Shown: positions 6,674 through 16,361 of the stretch, one piece after another | Position numbering within the stretch: the first letter of the stretch is position 1 | Layout of the letters: every line of letters begins with the position of its first letter | Origin: Alphaproteobacteria bacterium | GTDB lineage: Bacteria; Pseudomonadota; Alphaproteobacteria; UBA8366; GCA-2717185 | Assembly (NCBI GenBank): GCA_021774435.1 | Contig: JAJFJB010000257.1 | Span: 168 to 24,167 of the forward strand | Length of the DNA: 24,000 nt | Reading direction: 5' to 3' | Notes under the pieces: generated by a model | Databases searched by the model: none | Seen by the model: the letters and a program-made list of their open reading frames with translations, nothing else | Told to the model about the DNA's origin: nothing | Translations under genes and position numbers: made by a program

Positions 6674-7837
6674 TCATGATTTTGGAATAATCACATCGAC
6701 ACGATCGGCAATTTGGCCGTCGTCTTTCTTACCCAGGGCACGGACATCGATTCGCGTACTGCGAACGCCCTTCTTCATCAAATAGGTCCTCACTGCCAGT
6801 GCCCGGAACAGGGACATCCGGCGTGCCTGACTTGGCGATTCGCTTGAACCGTTTGCATAACCGTGCAGTTGAACACGGATATCTGGATTGCCGCTCATTT
6901 GAGCGACAAGTTTGTCCAGAGCGCCCGCAGCACTCGACGGCAAGTCGGATGAACCGGCATTAAAGCCAACTCGGATCGTGCCATCGGACGTCGTATTCGT
7001 CGGCGGCGTTCGGGCCGCGACCTGAACCGGTTTGGATTTCTTTGCCGCCGGAGGCGGCGGTACGCTGGGTTTGGGCAGCGGTTTACTTGCGGTTGCCGGT
7101 CTTGGTCTTTTCGGAGGAGGTGGAACAGTAGGCCTCACCGGTGGGGCCGGTTTTGCTTTTGGTGGCGGCGGCACGGCTTTCGCCCGCGGCGGACTCGCTT
7201 TCGGCAATACTGGTGGTGGTGGTACAGTGGCGGGTTTCGCCGGCACGCGAACAATCGGCGGCGGCGGTGCGACCTGTCGTTTTGGAGCGATAGGAGGCTT
7301 GATCGTTGGTGCCGTTGCCTTTTTTGGTGCGGGTGTCGCGACCTTAGGCGGTACCGGTGCGGCAACGGGAGGCCGTGCGGTTTGTGTTGCGCGCTTCGGA
7401 ATAGCGGGGGCAGGAGGTACAACAGTCTTGCGTGGCGCGGATGGCGCGGCAGCGACAACTGGCCTTTTCGGCGCCACAGAAGGCGTCACAGGCGCGCGAC
7501 GAGGTGCCGGTGCAGCACGTGTCGCCAATCCCTTCGGTAGGGATATCTGAGATTTCGGTGGCTCTGACGGTGGCGGCAACAATTTGCCCGTTGCCGCCGG
7601 TGCAAGCGGTGTCCGGCCTGAACGCAACATACCAGGCAGTGTCGGTTCAGGCCCTAGTTTTTCAAGCACGCTAAGATCGACGATAACACTCGGCCGGCTC
7701 GCACCAGGCGGAAATACAAAATACTGCTGCTGCGCAACAGCGGGGATCGCCGCCGACAGCAACCCTGCGACCGCCAATCCAAAACGCCACGAAAATATGC
7801 CCCGGCGCCGTCCCAAATTCAGAACACGCTTTTCCAA
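6674..7837 (-). CDS. secreted proline-rich protein with C-terminal OmpA-like domain
   Basis: N-terminal RRR plus hydrophobic core plus AVA-QQ signal-peptide-like region. About 210 aa are P/A/K/V low complexity (PPPPKAKPAPPVRPTVPPPPKRPRP...). C-terminal VGFNAGSSDL...IRVQLHGYA...ARRMSLFRALAVRTYL...RIDVRALG fits the OmpA_C pattern. The start is non-ATG: TTG at 7837 or an in-frame TTG at 7816. Confidence 0.8.
   Translation of the reverse strand: MEKRVLNLGRRRGIFSWRFGLAVAGLLSAAIPAVAQQQYFVFPPGASRPSVIVDLSVLEKLGPEPTLPGMLRSGRTPLAPAATGKLLPPPSEPPKSQISLPKGLATRAAPAPRRAPVTPSVAPKRPVVAAAPSAPRKTVVPPAPAIPKRATQTARPPVAAPVPPKVATPAPKKATAPTIKPPIAPKRQVAPPPPIVRVPAKPATVPPPPVLPKASPPRAKAVPPPPKAKPAPPVRPTVPPPPKRPRPATASKPLPKPSVPPPPAAKKSKPVQVAARTPPTNTTSDGTIRVGFNAGSSDLPSSAAGALDKLVAQMSGNPDIRVQLHGYANGSSESPSQARRMSLFRALAVRTYLMKKGVRSTRIDVRALGKKDDGQIADRVDVIIPKS
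6985..7615 (-). repeat. low-complexity CCN/GCN/AAR-rich coding tract (Pro/Ala/Lys spacer)
   Basis: Iterated PxP, PPPP and APK units in the protein. The mirror image is the Gly-rich shadow ORF 7032..7550. Confidence 0.6.
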
Positions 7838-7926
7838 AATGGAAGCCTATTCATTTCTGTTATTTCACGCACAATGCGCTGTTTTGTTTGCGCCAAGACC
7901 ATAACTCAGGGCTGATCGGTGCACAA

Positions 7927-8748
7927 CTACTTGTCCTTTGTTTCGGCACTACGAAGCAGCTTACGCAGGGGTTGGTGAAGTTGCTCGTTACCGGCACAAA
8001 CATTCGCCGCACCCAGTTCATAACGGCGTCCGCTTACATCGGTGACTTGCCCTCCTGCCTCTCGCACGAGCAATACGCCGGCAGCAACATCCCAAGGGTT
8101 CAAGCCGTTTTCCCAGTATCCGTCATATCGCCCCGCCGCAACATATGCCAAATCCAGTGCCGCCGAACCGAAGCGGCGCACGCCGGCGCACCCGGCCATG
8201 ACACTGCCGAGTTGCCGTAAAAAAAGTGCGTGGCCTGGTCCGTCTTGAATGCCGAGGAACGGGATACCCGTTGCGAAAACGGCCTCACGCATCCGGCCTC
8301 TGCCGGAAACACGAAGCCGTCTGTCATTGATATAAGCGCCCAATCCGCGCTCTGCCCAAAATAGCTCATCCTTGACCGGATCGTAGACAACGCCCGCAAC
8401 TACCTGTCCGTCGCGTTCCAGCGCTATCGAAATACAGAAATGCGGCAAGCCGTGCAGGAAATTCGTCGTCCCATCCAACGGGTCGACGATCCAGCGATGC
8501 CGTTCGTCGCGGCCCTTCGTTTCGCCCGATTCTTCCATGAGCATCCCAAAATCGGGATGCGCCTGACCTAGGGACTCACGCAGAATTTTCTCAGCTCTCG
8601 TATCGGCGCTCGATACGAAGTCCGCGGGCCCTTTGCGGCTGACTTGAAGTTGTTCAACTTCACCAAAGTCACGCACCAGCCGACGTCCGGCCTTATCGGC
8701 TGCCATGGCCATAACGTTGATGATCGCAGATCGCAACGCCATCGGCAT
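7927..8748 (-). CDS. suhB: inositol monophosphatase family protein
   Basis: IMPase signatures EESG, WIVDPLDGTTNF and WDVAAG. Confidence 0.9.
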   Translation of the reverse strand: MPMALRSAIINVMAMAADKAGRRLVRDFGEVEQLQVSRKGPADFVSSADTRAEKILRESLGQAHPDFGMLMEESGETKGRDERHRWIVDPLDGTTNFLHGLPHFCISIALERDGQVVAGVVYDPVKDELFWAERGLGAYINDRRLRVSGRGRMREAVFATGIPFLGIQDGPGHALFLRQLGSVMAGCAGVRRFGSAALDLAYVAAGRYDGYWENGLNPWDVAAGVLLVREAGGQVTDVSGRRYELGAANVCAGNEQLHQPLRKLLRSAETKDK

Positions 8749-8786
8749 TTACCTCTTTATAACTGGACCGTTACGGTCGACCGCGG

Positions 8787-9356
8787 TCAATCCTTCGCGC
8801 GCCCGACATAGGTGGCATCGGCCGTGTTCACCACAATGCGGGTTCCGGCCTCGATATGTGGTGGCACCTGGACGCGGACGCCATTCTCTAGCAAGGCCGG
8901 CTTATAGGAAGACGAGGCTGTCTGCCCTTTTACGACAGGGTCGGCCTCCGAAATTTCCATCGTCACATGTTCCGGCAAAGTCACGCCAATTGGTGATCCT
9001 TCGAACGATTCAATCATGACCACCATGCCGTCCTGCAAAAATTGGGCGGCATCGGGCCCGATAAAATCAATATTCAGCGTGACTTGATCGTAAGTCTCAT
9101 TATCCATGAAAGTGTAATCATCACCGTCCTGGAAGAGGAATTGATTTTCCCGTTGATCCAAACGAACCTGCTCCACAGTTTCCGATGACCGGAACCGTTC
9201 GTTCAATTTGGTACCGTCGCGGATATCCTTAAGCTCGACTTGCAGATACGCGCCGCCCTTTCCTGGCTGCGTGTGCTGGATCTTGATCGCCCGCCAGAGA
9301 CGGTTCTGATGCTCGATCACATTCCCCGGACGAACGGCGTTTCCGTTGATTTTCAT
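8787..9356 (-). CDS. efp: translation elongation factor P
   Basis: [50 protein letters not shown]...; full length, 189 aa. Confidence 0.95.
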   Translation of the reverse strand: MKINGNAVRPGNVIEHQNRLWRAIKIQHTQPGKGGAYLQVELKDIRDGTKLNERFRSSETVEQVRLDQRENQFLFQDGDDYTFMDNETYDQVTLNIDFIGPDAAQFLQDGMVVMIESFEGSPIGVTLPEHVTMEISEADPVVKGQTASSSYKPALLENGVRVQVPPHIEAGTRIVVNTADATYVGRAKD

Positions 9357-9389
9357 GACGTCAGATTTCGGTAGTTGGATTGCGGCGGG

Positions 9390-9414
9390 TTTATAGCGGC
9401 TTCCCGTTGTTCAA
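9390..9414 (-). promoter_or_regulatory. candidate promoter of efp
   Basis: Minus-strand TTGAAC(A)-N10-GCTATAAAC resembles the alphaproteobacterial housekeeping consensus TTGACGS-N10-14-GCTANAWC. It overlaps the thiE stop. Confidence 0.3.
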
Positions 9415-10049
9415 GCAATCTCCGCCATCACCTTATTGAACAATTTCACCGCCGAAGCCGGGCCTTCTGGATAGTCCCAGACCCCCGCAACGACGGACAG
9501 GAAATCGGCGCCGGCGGAAATCAGCGTCGTGCAATTGTCAATCGTAATACCGCCGATCGCCACACAAGGTGTCTCCATCATTTCCTGCCACCAGGATAAG
9601 ATCGCCGGATCGGCCCTAAATTTAGGCGTCTTGGTACCGGAATTGAAGAAGGCACCGAACGCGACGTAATCCGCCCCTTTCTCGGCCGCTCGCATCGCAA
9701 GATCGCGAGAATCGTGACAGGTGACACCGACGATCGCATCGTCGCCGACAAACCGCCTGGCATCGTCATAGTCGGCGTCCTGCTGTCCGACATGGACACC
9801 GTCGCAACCCGTTTCGACCGCCAAATCGGGTCTGTCATTCATAATAAAAGCAACGCTTCTGTCTTGCGCGATCGGTCGCAATACATCCGCCGCGCGCCGC
9901 ACGGAATCATCATCGACATCCTTCAGCCGCAACTGCACGCAAGCGACATCATCGGCATCGAGGGCTTCCGCGAGTGTTTCGCCGAACGCCGCCGGCTCAA
10001 AGCGCGGCGGCGTAATCAGATACAGACGGCAACGGTCCTGCGGGGTCAA
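9411..10049 (-). CDS. thiE: thiamine-phosphate synthase
   Basis: RLYLITP start region, DYVAFGAFF and GGIT motifs of ThiE. The TTG start overlaps the fbaB stop (CTTGA). Confidence 0.88.
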   Translation of the reverse strand: MTPQDRCRLYLITPPRFEPAAFGETLAEALDADDVACVQLRLKDVDDDSVRRAADVLRPIAQDRSVAFIMNDRPDLAVETGCDGVHVGQQDADYDDARRFVGDDAIVGVTCHDSRDLAMRAAEKGADYVAFGAFFNSGTKTPKFRADPAILSWWQEMMETPCVAIGGITIDNCTTLISAGADFLSVVAGVWDYPEGPASAVKLFNKVMAEIA

Positions 10050-10966
10050 GCCTTGCCTTGATAGATTTGAGTGATGGTACTCAGCAGCTCAAGCGCTTCA
10101 GCCTTCGGACGCTGGAAGGAGTTACGTCCGATAATCGATCCGGAACCGCCTCCATCGCGAATTTCCCGAATCTCGCTAAGCAGGCCTTCTGTCCCTTTAG
10201 CGGCGCCACCGGAGAAGACGACAATGCGCCGACCGTTGAATGCCGATTGAACGACATGTTCGATTCGCTTTGTCAGGGTCGAAATATCGATACCCTCTGC
10301 CTCGTAAACTTTTCGCGCATCGTCTTGCTCAATATGCGCGGTCGGTGGCTTCACCTTGATGATATGCGCGCCAAGGAGCGCGGCCATGTGGGCCGCGTAC
10401 GCCGTGACATCAATCGCGGACTCGCCTTCCTTGGAAAGGTTGCCACCACGTGGATAGGACCACAGCACGACGGCCAGGCCGACGGATTTGGCTTCCGCCG
10501 CAAGTTCTTGAAATTCCTCCATTAATTCAAACTGGTCATCCGAACCGGGATAGATCGTGAAGCCAACCGCCGAGCAGCCGAGGCGCAGCGCATCATCGAC
10601 CGTTCCGTAGACGGTTTGATCCTTCGACGTCGCATGGCTGTTGGAACTGTTACACTTCAGTATCGTCGGAACGGCGCCCGCAAAGCTATCCGCGCCGGCT
10701 TCCAGTGCACCAAGCGGCGCAGCGTAAGCGGATAAATTCGCATCGACAGCAAGCTGATAGTGATAATGCGGGTCATAGCCGGCCGAATTCTTGGCAAAGC
10801 TGCGTGCAGGACCATGTTCAAACCCTTGATCAACCGGCAGAATTACGAGCTTTCCCGTACCGCCAAGCCGGCCATGCATCAAAATACGAGCGAGGTTGGT
10901 CTTTGTGCCAGGGCAGTCACTTTCGTAGTTCGACAGGATCTTTTTGACTCGCTGCGTAATTCTCAT
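10046..10966 (-). CDS. fbaB: class I fructose-bisphosphate aldolase, DhnA/FbaB type
   Basis: [22 protein letters not shown] and the HIIKVKPP Schiff-base-lysine region resemble E. coli FbaB. I prefer the ATG at 10966 (AGGAG 8 nt upstream) over the TTG at 10999. Confidence 0.85.
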   Translation of the reverse strand: MRITQRVKKILSNYESDCPGTKTNLARILMHGRLGGTGKLVILPVDQGFEHGPARSFAKNSAGYDPHYHYQLAVDANLSAYAAPLGALEAGADSFAGAVPTILKCNSSNSHATSKDQTVYGTVDDALRLGCSAVGFTIYPGSDDQFELMEEFQELAAEAKSVGLAVVLWSYPRGGNLSKEGESAIDVTAYAAHMAALLGAHIIKVKPPTAHIEQDDARKVYEAEGIDISTLTKRIEHVVQSAFNGRRIVVFSGGAAKGTEGLLSEIREIRDGGGSGSIIGRNSFQRPKAEALELLSTITQIYQGKA

Positions 10967-11089
10967 CTCGGCGGCTCCTATTTGCGGTTTCGGAGTCAAT
11001 ACTCGACGAATACCAATAATTCAATAAACAGCGCGCAATTCGGCGCAAATTTGACTGCTCGACTATAGCACCTTCGATGTTACGATGGG

Positions 11090-11554
11090 TTGATGATGAA
11101 AAAAGAAAACCAGCCCACCGAAGACGAACTGTCGATGTACGACGAGTACGGCGCAGAAGAAACCGTCGAAGCGCATACGCCTTTTGTGAAATTCGTCGGT
11201 TACGTCATGATTGCGCAAACGCTGGGCCTGCTCGGCTGTATCGCCGTTTACGACCAATATGGTGATATCGAGGGTGTACAGGGCATCATGCTCGCCTCCG
11301 GCATGATATTCGCGATTGGGATGGCCACGGCTCTCGCATCTTATGTGATCTTCCGAAACGTTATCGCCATGTCAAACGAGTCGATTGCAATGCGAGAGCA
11401 AGCGGAAGAGGACGAATACCGCCTAAATTTGGCACGGGGAAAGAACGCGGAAGCGATGAAACGCGCGAAAAACGGGTTCAAACTGTTGAACTTCTCCGGC
11501 GTCTGTTTCGTCGCCAGTGTCTTGATCGGCGTCAGCGGCCTGTTTTCTCTCTGA
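11090..11554 (+). CDS. hypothetical membrane protein (acidic N-terminus, 3 predicted TM helices)
   Basis: ORF with hydrophobic segments FVGYVMIAQTLGLLGCIAVY, IMLASGMIFAIGMATALASYVIF and FSGVCFVASVLIGVSGLFSL. I recognise no family. Three tandem ATGs at the start. Confidence 0.55.
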   Translation: MMMKKENQPTEDELSMYDEYGAEETVEAHTPFVKFVGYVMIAQTLGLLGCIAVYDQYGDIEGVQGIMLASGMIFAIGMATALASYVIFRNVIAMSNESIAMREQAEEDEYRLNLARGKNAEAMKRAKNGFKLLNFSGVCFVASVLIGVSGLFSL

Positions 11555-11570
11555 ACATTTGCTATCGCGT

Positions 11571-12020
11571 TCAGGACAGGCTTTGAAGATGTGCCAAATT
11601 CGCTTCGCGCAATTCCGATTCTTCCAAACCAAGATCATAAGCCGGTGAAAGAATGAACTCAGTCGCGGTTATCGAGATTTCAATAATGCCTGCGAACTTA
11701 TCCATGTAATCGGACCATTTTTCTGCAAATGCACCCTGTTGTGTCTCGGATAGCTGGGAATTTCGCAAATACTTTGCCGTGCCTGAAACCCGGACCGCTT
11801 TGCGTGCCAGAACATCGATGAAACACACTTCCGTGTTAGGCCGCTTCCCGATATTGCCTATCGTTCCCGGCGACCGCAGATTTCCGAATGCAATCGTTTT
11901 GTCGTCCAAAATCACAAATGTTGCCTTGGGGGATACCGATGGCGAACCGTCATCATTTATCGTCGCGACCATTCCGGCGCTGTGCTCGCTGATAAGCTTC
12001 CTCATCTCTTGAGTCAGCAT
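11571..12020 (-). CDS. pyridoxamine 5'-phosphate oxidase-family (FMN-binding split-barrel) protein
   Basis: AGMVATINDDGSPSVSPKATFVILDDKTIAFGNLRSPGTIGNIGKRPNTEVCFID fits the PNPOx-like / general-stress-protein-26-like pattern. Confidence 0.7.
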   Translation of the reverse strand: MLTQEMRKLISEHSAGMVATINDDGSPSVSPKATFVILDDKTIAFGNLRSPGTIGNIGKRPNTEVCFIDVLARKAVRVSGTAKYLRNSQLSETQQGAFAEKWSDYMDKFAGIIEISITATEFILSPAYDLGLEESELREANLAHLQSLS

Positions 12021-12059
12021 GGCGCATCTCCCTTCGTAACAAATAGCGTTGAACCGAGA

Positions 12060-12554
12060 CTACTCACAGGAATTTTTTAGCCACGTTCGGCACGCCGCAT
12101 CCAATATTGCGACATCATCCACATCGGATTCCAGTTCAATTGTATCCGGCCTTTCCGTTAAAACCGAAGCTTCATAGCCTTCGGCTATTTCTTCGATCTC
12201 TCGCTGGTTGGGGCCGCTGTAGCGAATAAATTTGAAACCATGCCGAAGTGCGGCCAGGGCATGCCCCGGCGCGTCGCCGCAATCCAATACGGCGGCAACA
12301 CTGACGCTCGGATATGCATCGCGGGCGAGGGACACTACTGCGTCAAACCAGCCGGCGCCAACATTCGCCGCAGCACCTGGAGCGCTCATCAACGTAACAG
12401 GGGTTTCGAGGGCCTCAGCTGCGGCAAGTGCAGCCTTGGCCTGGACAAGGCTTATAACCGTGACCGCTTTGCCAATCGGCTTCAGATAAGTTTCCCCATC
12501 GCCACGGCGGTGTCCGACATCCGGTTGGAGAAGCCCCATTCGTTGTCGTACCAC
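12060..12554 (-). CDS. hypothetical protein; start uncertain (ATG 12554 overlaps gap by 73 nt; next ATG at 12389)
   Basis: Long ORF with protein-like composition from about [34 protein letters not shown] onward. I recognise no family. Confidence 0.5.
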   Translation of the reverse strand: MVRQRMGLLQPDVGHRRGDGETYLKPIGKAVTVISLVQAKAALAAAEALETPVTLMSAPGAAANVGAGWFDAVVSLARDAYPSVSVAAVLDCGDAPGHALAALRHGFKFIRYSGPNQREIEEIAEGYEASVLTERPDTIELESDVDDVAILDAACRTWLKNSCE

Positions 12555-13489
12555 GACAGGACGCGTACGAGTTTACCGTCAATGACCTGCGTTTGCGTGA
12601 GATCGAAGGTCGAGCTCGCTTGATTATGATTAAAATCACACGAGACGAGCGGTTTATCGTTCGTTTCGAGAACACCTTTTAGCGCGCCGCCAGCAGCCTG
12701 CTGAATGGCACCATTGATTTCCGCTGCATCCGTTTCCCGAGACGCATCGAACTTCAAATCGATCAGGGAAACGTTTGGCGTCGGCACGCGGATCGATGTG
12801 CCGTCAAGTTTACCGGCTAGTTCCGGAAGGACCAGTCCCACGGCTTTCGCGGCGCCGGTCGACGTCGGAATAAGCGATTGCGAGGCCGATCGTGCGCGTC
12901 GAAGATCGGAATGCAGCGTATCGACGGTCGCCTGATCGCCGGTGAAAGCATGCACAGTGGTCATAAACCCGCGATCGATCCCGACTGCCTGGTGCAGCAC
13001 ATGCGCAACCGGCGCAAGACAGTTTGTCGTGCAGGAAGCATTTGATACCACAGTGTGTTCAGCAGTCAGTTGATCGCTGTTGACGCCGTAAACAACTGTC
13101 AGGTCAGCTCCCGTCGCCGGAGCCGATACGAGAACCCGTTTTGCGCCAGCTTCAAGATGCATGGCGGCCTGCTCACGCGTGGTGAAAATGCCCGTGCACT
13201 CAAACGCGATGTCGACGCCAAGTTCACCCCAGGGAAGTTTTTTCGGATCGCGCTCGGCGGTAACCTTGATTTTCCCGCGTCCCAGATCCATCCAATCTTC
13301 ACCGGATGATACTTCGCCCGGAAATGTTCCATGCACGGAATCATACTTCACGAGATGCGCGTTGGTATCGACCGGCCCCAAATCATTGACGCCAACGAAT
13401 TCGATATCGTCACGCCCGGACTCCATCGCGGCGCGAAGCACCAATCGTCCAATTCGCCCAAAGCCGTTGATTGCAACCCGAACTGCCAT
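12482..13489 (-). CDS. gap: glyceraldehyde-3-phosphate dehydrogenase
   Basis: [12 protein letters not shown]-binding motif and active-site [12 protein letters not shown]. Confidence 0.95.
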   Translation of the reverse strand: MAVRVAINGFGRIGRLVLRAAMESGRDDIEFVGVNDLGPVDTNAHLVKYDSVHGTFPGEVSSGEDWMDLGRGKIKVTAERDPKKLPWGELGVDIAFECTGIFTTREQAAMHLEAGAKRVLVSAPATGADLTVVYGVNSDQLTAEHTVVSNASCTTNCLAPVAHVLHQAVGIDRGFMTTVHAFTGDQATVDTLHSDLRRARSASQSLIPTSTGAAKAVGLVLPELAGKLDGTSIRVPTPNVSLIDLKFDASRETDAAEINGAIQQAAGGALKGVLETNDKPLVSCDFNHNQASSTFDLTQTQVIDGKLVRVLSWYDNEWGFSNRMSDTAVAMGKLI

Positions 13490-13522
13490 TGATCTTTCTC
13501 CTCGTTCGAAAAAATAGCCGCC

Positions 13523-15526
13523 TTATACGCGATCCCGCGCGGCGTCCGCCACGGCTTTCGCCGTAATTCCAAAATGCTCGTAAAGCGCTGGAGCCGGCGC
13601 CGAAGCCCCGAATTCGGACATGCCAACGAATGCCCCGTTACAGCCTATATAGCGATCCCAACCTTGAGATACAGCCGCTTCGACGGCAACCCGAACCGTA
13701 TTCTTGCCCAAAACCGTCTCCCGATACACAACATCTTGCGCATCGAACAGTTCATGACAGGGCATGGAAACGACCGCGGTACCGATACCATCGGCTTGCA
13801 GAAGGTCCCGGGCCTCACAAGCGAGGCTGACTTCCGATCCGGTGGCAAGCAACGTCACGCGGCGATCCCCATCAGCTTCCGCAAGTATGTAGGCACCGCG
13901 AGAACACTGATTTCCCCCTTCGGCCGTTGACCGTAATGTCGGTACGCCCTGCCGCGTCAATGCCAAGACGGACGGCGTCGAATTGGCTTTCAGCGCCAAA
14001 GCCCAACATTCTGTTGTCTCGACGGCATCGGCGGGCCGGAATACATTCAAATTCGGAATCGCGCGCAAGCTTGCGACCTGTTCGACGGGCTGATGGGTGG
14101 GACCGTCTTCACCAAGACCGATGGAGTCATGCGTCATGACGTAAATGACGCGTTGTCCCATCAACGCCGACAACCGGATCGAAGGGCGGCAATAGTCGGT
14201 AAAAATCAAAAAGGTGCCGCCGTACGGAATGAGACCGCCATGCAAGGCAATACCGTTCATCGCCGCCGCCATACCGTGTTCGCGGACGCCGTAAAAGATA
14301 TAGGAACCGGAATAGTCGCCTGCTTCAACGGGCGACATGCCTGCAGCCTTGGTCAAATTCGACCCTGTCAAATCAGCCGACCCGCCGGCAAGATTGGGAA
14401 TAATGCCAGCAAGCGCATCAAGTGCTTTTTGCGACGCTTGCCGTGTCGCCATTTTCGGCTGCTCCGCGATAACCGCTTCCTTGTAGGTGTCGAACGCCGC
14501 TTCCCAGCCATTGGGCAAGGCGCCGGACAAGGCACTCTCGTAAGATGCCTTCGCATCGGCAGACATGGCGTCCACGCGGGACCGCCATTCATGTCGTCTC
14601 TCAGCGCCGCGGCCACCGACACTGCGCCAGGCCCCAAGCACATCATTGGGCACAACAAAGGGATCGTATGGCCAATCCAATTCGTTTCGGGTCGCGGCGA
14701 TTTCGTCCGCACCGAGCGGTGCGCCGTGAGTGCCAGCGGTGCCTTGCTTGTTCGGTGATCCGTAACCGATCACGGTGCGGCATGCGATCAGGGAAGGGCG
14801 GTCACTCGTGCGTGCCGTTTCTAACGCAGCGAAAATTGCTTCCGGATCGTGCCCATCGATGCGAGTAGCCTCCCAACCACAAGCCTCAAAGCGCGCTATT
14901 TGATCGTCTCGAACGGACAAATCAGTCGGACCATCGATCGAAATCTCATTGTCGTCGAAAAGAACGATCAGTTTTCCAAGGCCCAAATGTCCTGCCAAGG
15001 ACGCGGCTTCGTGACTGATGCCCTCCATAAGGCAACCATCCCCTGCGAACACATAGGTATGATGGTCGACGACCTCGGAACCGTACCGTGCGGCCAGCAT
15101 CCGCTCGGCGAGCGCCATACCAACAGCAGTGCCAATACCTTGCCCCAACGGGCCGGTGGTCGTTTCGATCCCCTGTGCGTGTCCAAATTCAGGATGGCCC
15201 GCGGTCCTGCTACCCAACTGCCGAAAATTTCGGATCTGATCAATATCCATATCCGGATATCCAGTCAGATGGAGCAGTGAATACAAAAGCATCGACCCAT
15301 GCCCGTTCGACAGGACAAAACGGTCCCGGTCTGGCCATTGGGCGTCCGACGCATCGAACTTGAGAAAATCCTTGAAGAGAACCGTTGCAATATCCGCCAT
15401 GCCCATGGGCATGCCCGGATGCCCACTGTTGGCGGCCTGAACCGCGTCCATGGATAGGGCGCGAATCGCATTGGCCATTTGCTTGTGCGTGACGGCTGCT
15501 CCCGTCGGTGGCTCGGCGCGCGTCAT
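13523..15526 (-). CDS. tkt: transketolase
   Basis: [26 protein letters not shown], the [16 protein letters not shown]-binding motif and [16 protein letters not shown]. Confidence 0.95.
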   Translation of the reverse strand: MTRAEPPTGAAVTHKQMANAIRALSMDAVQAANSGHPGMPMGMADIATVLFKDFLKFDASDAQWPDRDRFVLSNGHGSMLLYSLLHLTGYPDMDIDQIRNFRQLGSRTAGHPEFGHAQGIETTTGPLGQGIGTAVGMALAERMLAARYGSEVVDHHTYVFAGDGCLMEGISHEAASLAGHLGLGKLIVLFDDNEISIDGPTDLSVRDDQIARFEACGWEATRIDGHDPEAIFAALETARTSDRPSLIACRTVIGYGSPNKQGTAGTHGAPLGADEIAATRNELDWPYDPFVVPNDVLGAWRSVGGRGAERRHEWRSRVDAMSADAKASYESALSGALPNGWEAAFDTYKEAVIAEQPKMATRQASQKALDALAGIIPNLAGGSADLTGSNLTKAAGMSPVEAGDYSGSYIFYGVREHGMAAAMNGIALHGGLIPYGGTFLIFTDYCRPSIRLSALMGQRVIYVMTHDSIGLGEDGPTHQPVEQVASLRAIPNLNVFRPADAVETTECWALALKANSTPSVLALTRQGVPTLRSTAEGGNQCSRGAYILAEADGDRRVTLLATGSEVSLACEARDLLQADGIGTAVVSMPCHELFDAQDVVYRETVLGKNTVRVAVEAAVSQGWDRYIGCNGAFVGMSEFGASAPAPALYEHFGITAKAVADAARDRV

Positions 15527-15704
15527 CTTTTAAGGCCTTGGTCGTAGGGAAAAAAGAGGACCGTATGAAATTGAACGATCGACGGCAACATGCCGAGCGA
15601 CACGGGATGCGTCAACGGTGTTTTGATTTCTGTTGCCGGTCGATGCGAATTCATTCGGATTAGTGCTTCGAATTGCTGATTAATCCGACATCAAACCCCA
15701 CCTG

Positions 15705-15732
15705 TTGACGATCTCAGAGGGGCCGCTTATGG
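15705..15732 (+). promoter_or_regulatory. candidate promoter of zauP-zapA
   Basis: TTGACG-N16-TTATGG, with GCTTATGG resembling GCTANAWC, ~60 nt upstream of 15791. Confidence 0.3.
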
Positions 15733-15790
15733 TCGTTGAAGATCTATCCTGCGGAGTGTCGCTGATGCTCGAAGAGGTATGCTCGATTAA

Positions 15791-16006
15791 ATGAATTCTC
15801 GATTGAAAAACGTCGAAGAACGTATTGAAAATGCTCTTGCTCGCGTCGATGCCGCCGCTGCGCTAAAAACAACGAATACACAGCAAAATGCAGATATCGC
15901 GGCGCTGGAAGCCGAGAACGCGTCCTTGCGTAATCAGCAGGACGAAATCTCCAAGCGACTCGATTCGGCCATCGATAAATTGCAGCGGGTTTTACAAGGA
16001 CAATAG
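15791..16006 (+). CDS. small coiled-coil protein, ZauP/DUF4164-like (ZapA partner)
   Basis: 71-aa all-helical heptad sequence encoded immediately upstream of zapA, the position ZauP occupies in Caulobacter. The assignment rests on context and composition only. Confidence 0.5.
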   Translation: MNSRLKNVEERIENALARVDAAAALKTTNTQQNADIAALEAENASLRNQQDEISKRLDSAIDKLQRVLQGQ

Positions 16007-16011
16007 TTAAA

Positions 16012-16353
16012 ATGCCCGAATTCAATGTCACGATTAATGGACGCAACTACGCGATTGCCTGTGATGAAGGACAAGAAGAACATATTGGCCGGCTGGCCGG
16101 GTATGTGAAAGTCCGTGTCGAAGAATTGGTTGATTCCGTTGGCCAGATTGGGGATGCCCGCTTGCTGCTTATGGCGAGCCTGCTTGTTTCCGACGAACTT
16201 TCCGACGCCTATGCCGACTTGGCAACACTGCAGGCCGGTGAGGTCGCAAAGGTTCCCACGGATGCGGCATCGGCCAGTGATGATGCTGCGACCAAACTGG
16301 AGGAGCTTGCCGAACGCGCTGAGGCTATTGCCGCGCGCCTCGAAGCATCCTAG
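16012..16353 (+). CDS. zapA: cell division protein ZapA
   Basis: VTINGRNYAIACDEGQEEHIGRLAGYV...ARLLLMASLLVSDEL is the typical ZapA core. Confidence 0.9.
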   Translation: MPEFNVTINGRNYAIACDEGQEEHIGRLAGYVKVRVEELVDSVGQIGDARLLLMASLLVSDELSDAYADLATLQAGEVAKVPTDAASASDDAATKLEELAERAEAIAARLEAS

Positions 16354-16361
16354 GTATACGG

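Noticed and set aside
7032-7550. 172-aa glycine-rich plus-strand ORF.
   Set aside because: It is the mirror image of the CCN-rich proline tract on the minus strand (NGG codons). The minus-strand gene has a signal peptide and an OmpA-like domain, so this ORF is the artefact.
6985-7615. Repetitive GC-rich DNA that might be a tandem repeat, a CRISPR-like array or a mobile-element remnant.
   Set aside because: There is no regular repeat-spacer periodicity. The region is fully explained as an in-frame Pro/Ala/Lys low-complexity coding tract.
4010-7837. Considered calling the MotA/MotB-like cluster a Zorya anti-phage system, a flagellar stator, or a second Tol/Ton system.
   Set aside because: There are no ZorC/ZorD-type genes, and the A-subunit tail (~160 aa) is far shorter than a ZorA tail. 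No flagellar or che genes are adjacent. The B subunit has an OmpA domain and a long coiled coil, unlike ExbD or TolR. No TonB-dependent receptor is nearby. The cluster sits among core housekeeping genes rather than in a defence island. I therefore left it as an unassigned stator family.
10967-11089. Repeated CAATA / TATTG(A/G) pentamers upstream of fbaB as possible regulator sites.
   Set aside because: The motifs are short and degenerate, in an AT-rich promoter region. I cannot distinguish them from chance without comparative data.
14093-14758. 221-aa plus-strand ORF inside tkt, plus the many other 60-140-aa ORFs nested in gap, tkt, ruvB and the stator genes.
   Set aside because: All are antisense or out of frame within genes that have unambiguous family motifs, and none has a motif of its own.
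15640-15690. CGAAT-TC-ATTCG inverted repeat in the tkt/zauP intergenic region, and the 9-mer GCGAATTCA shared with 6529..6537.
   Set aside because: The arms are only 5 bp. A shared 9-mer is expected many times by chance among all position pairs in 24 kb.
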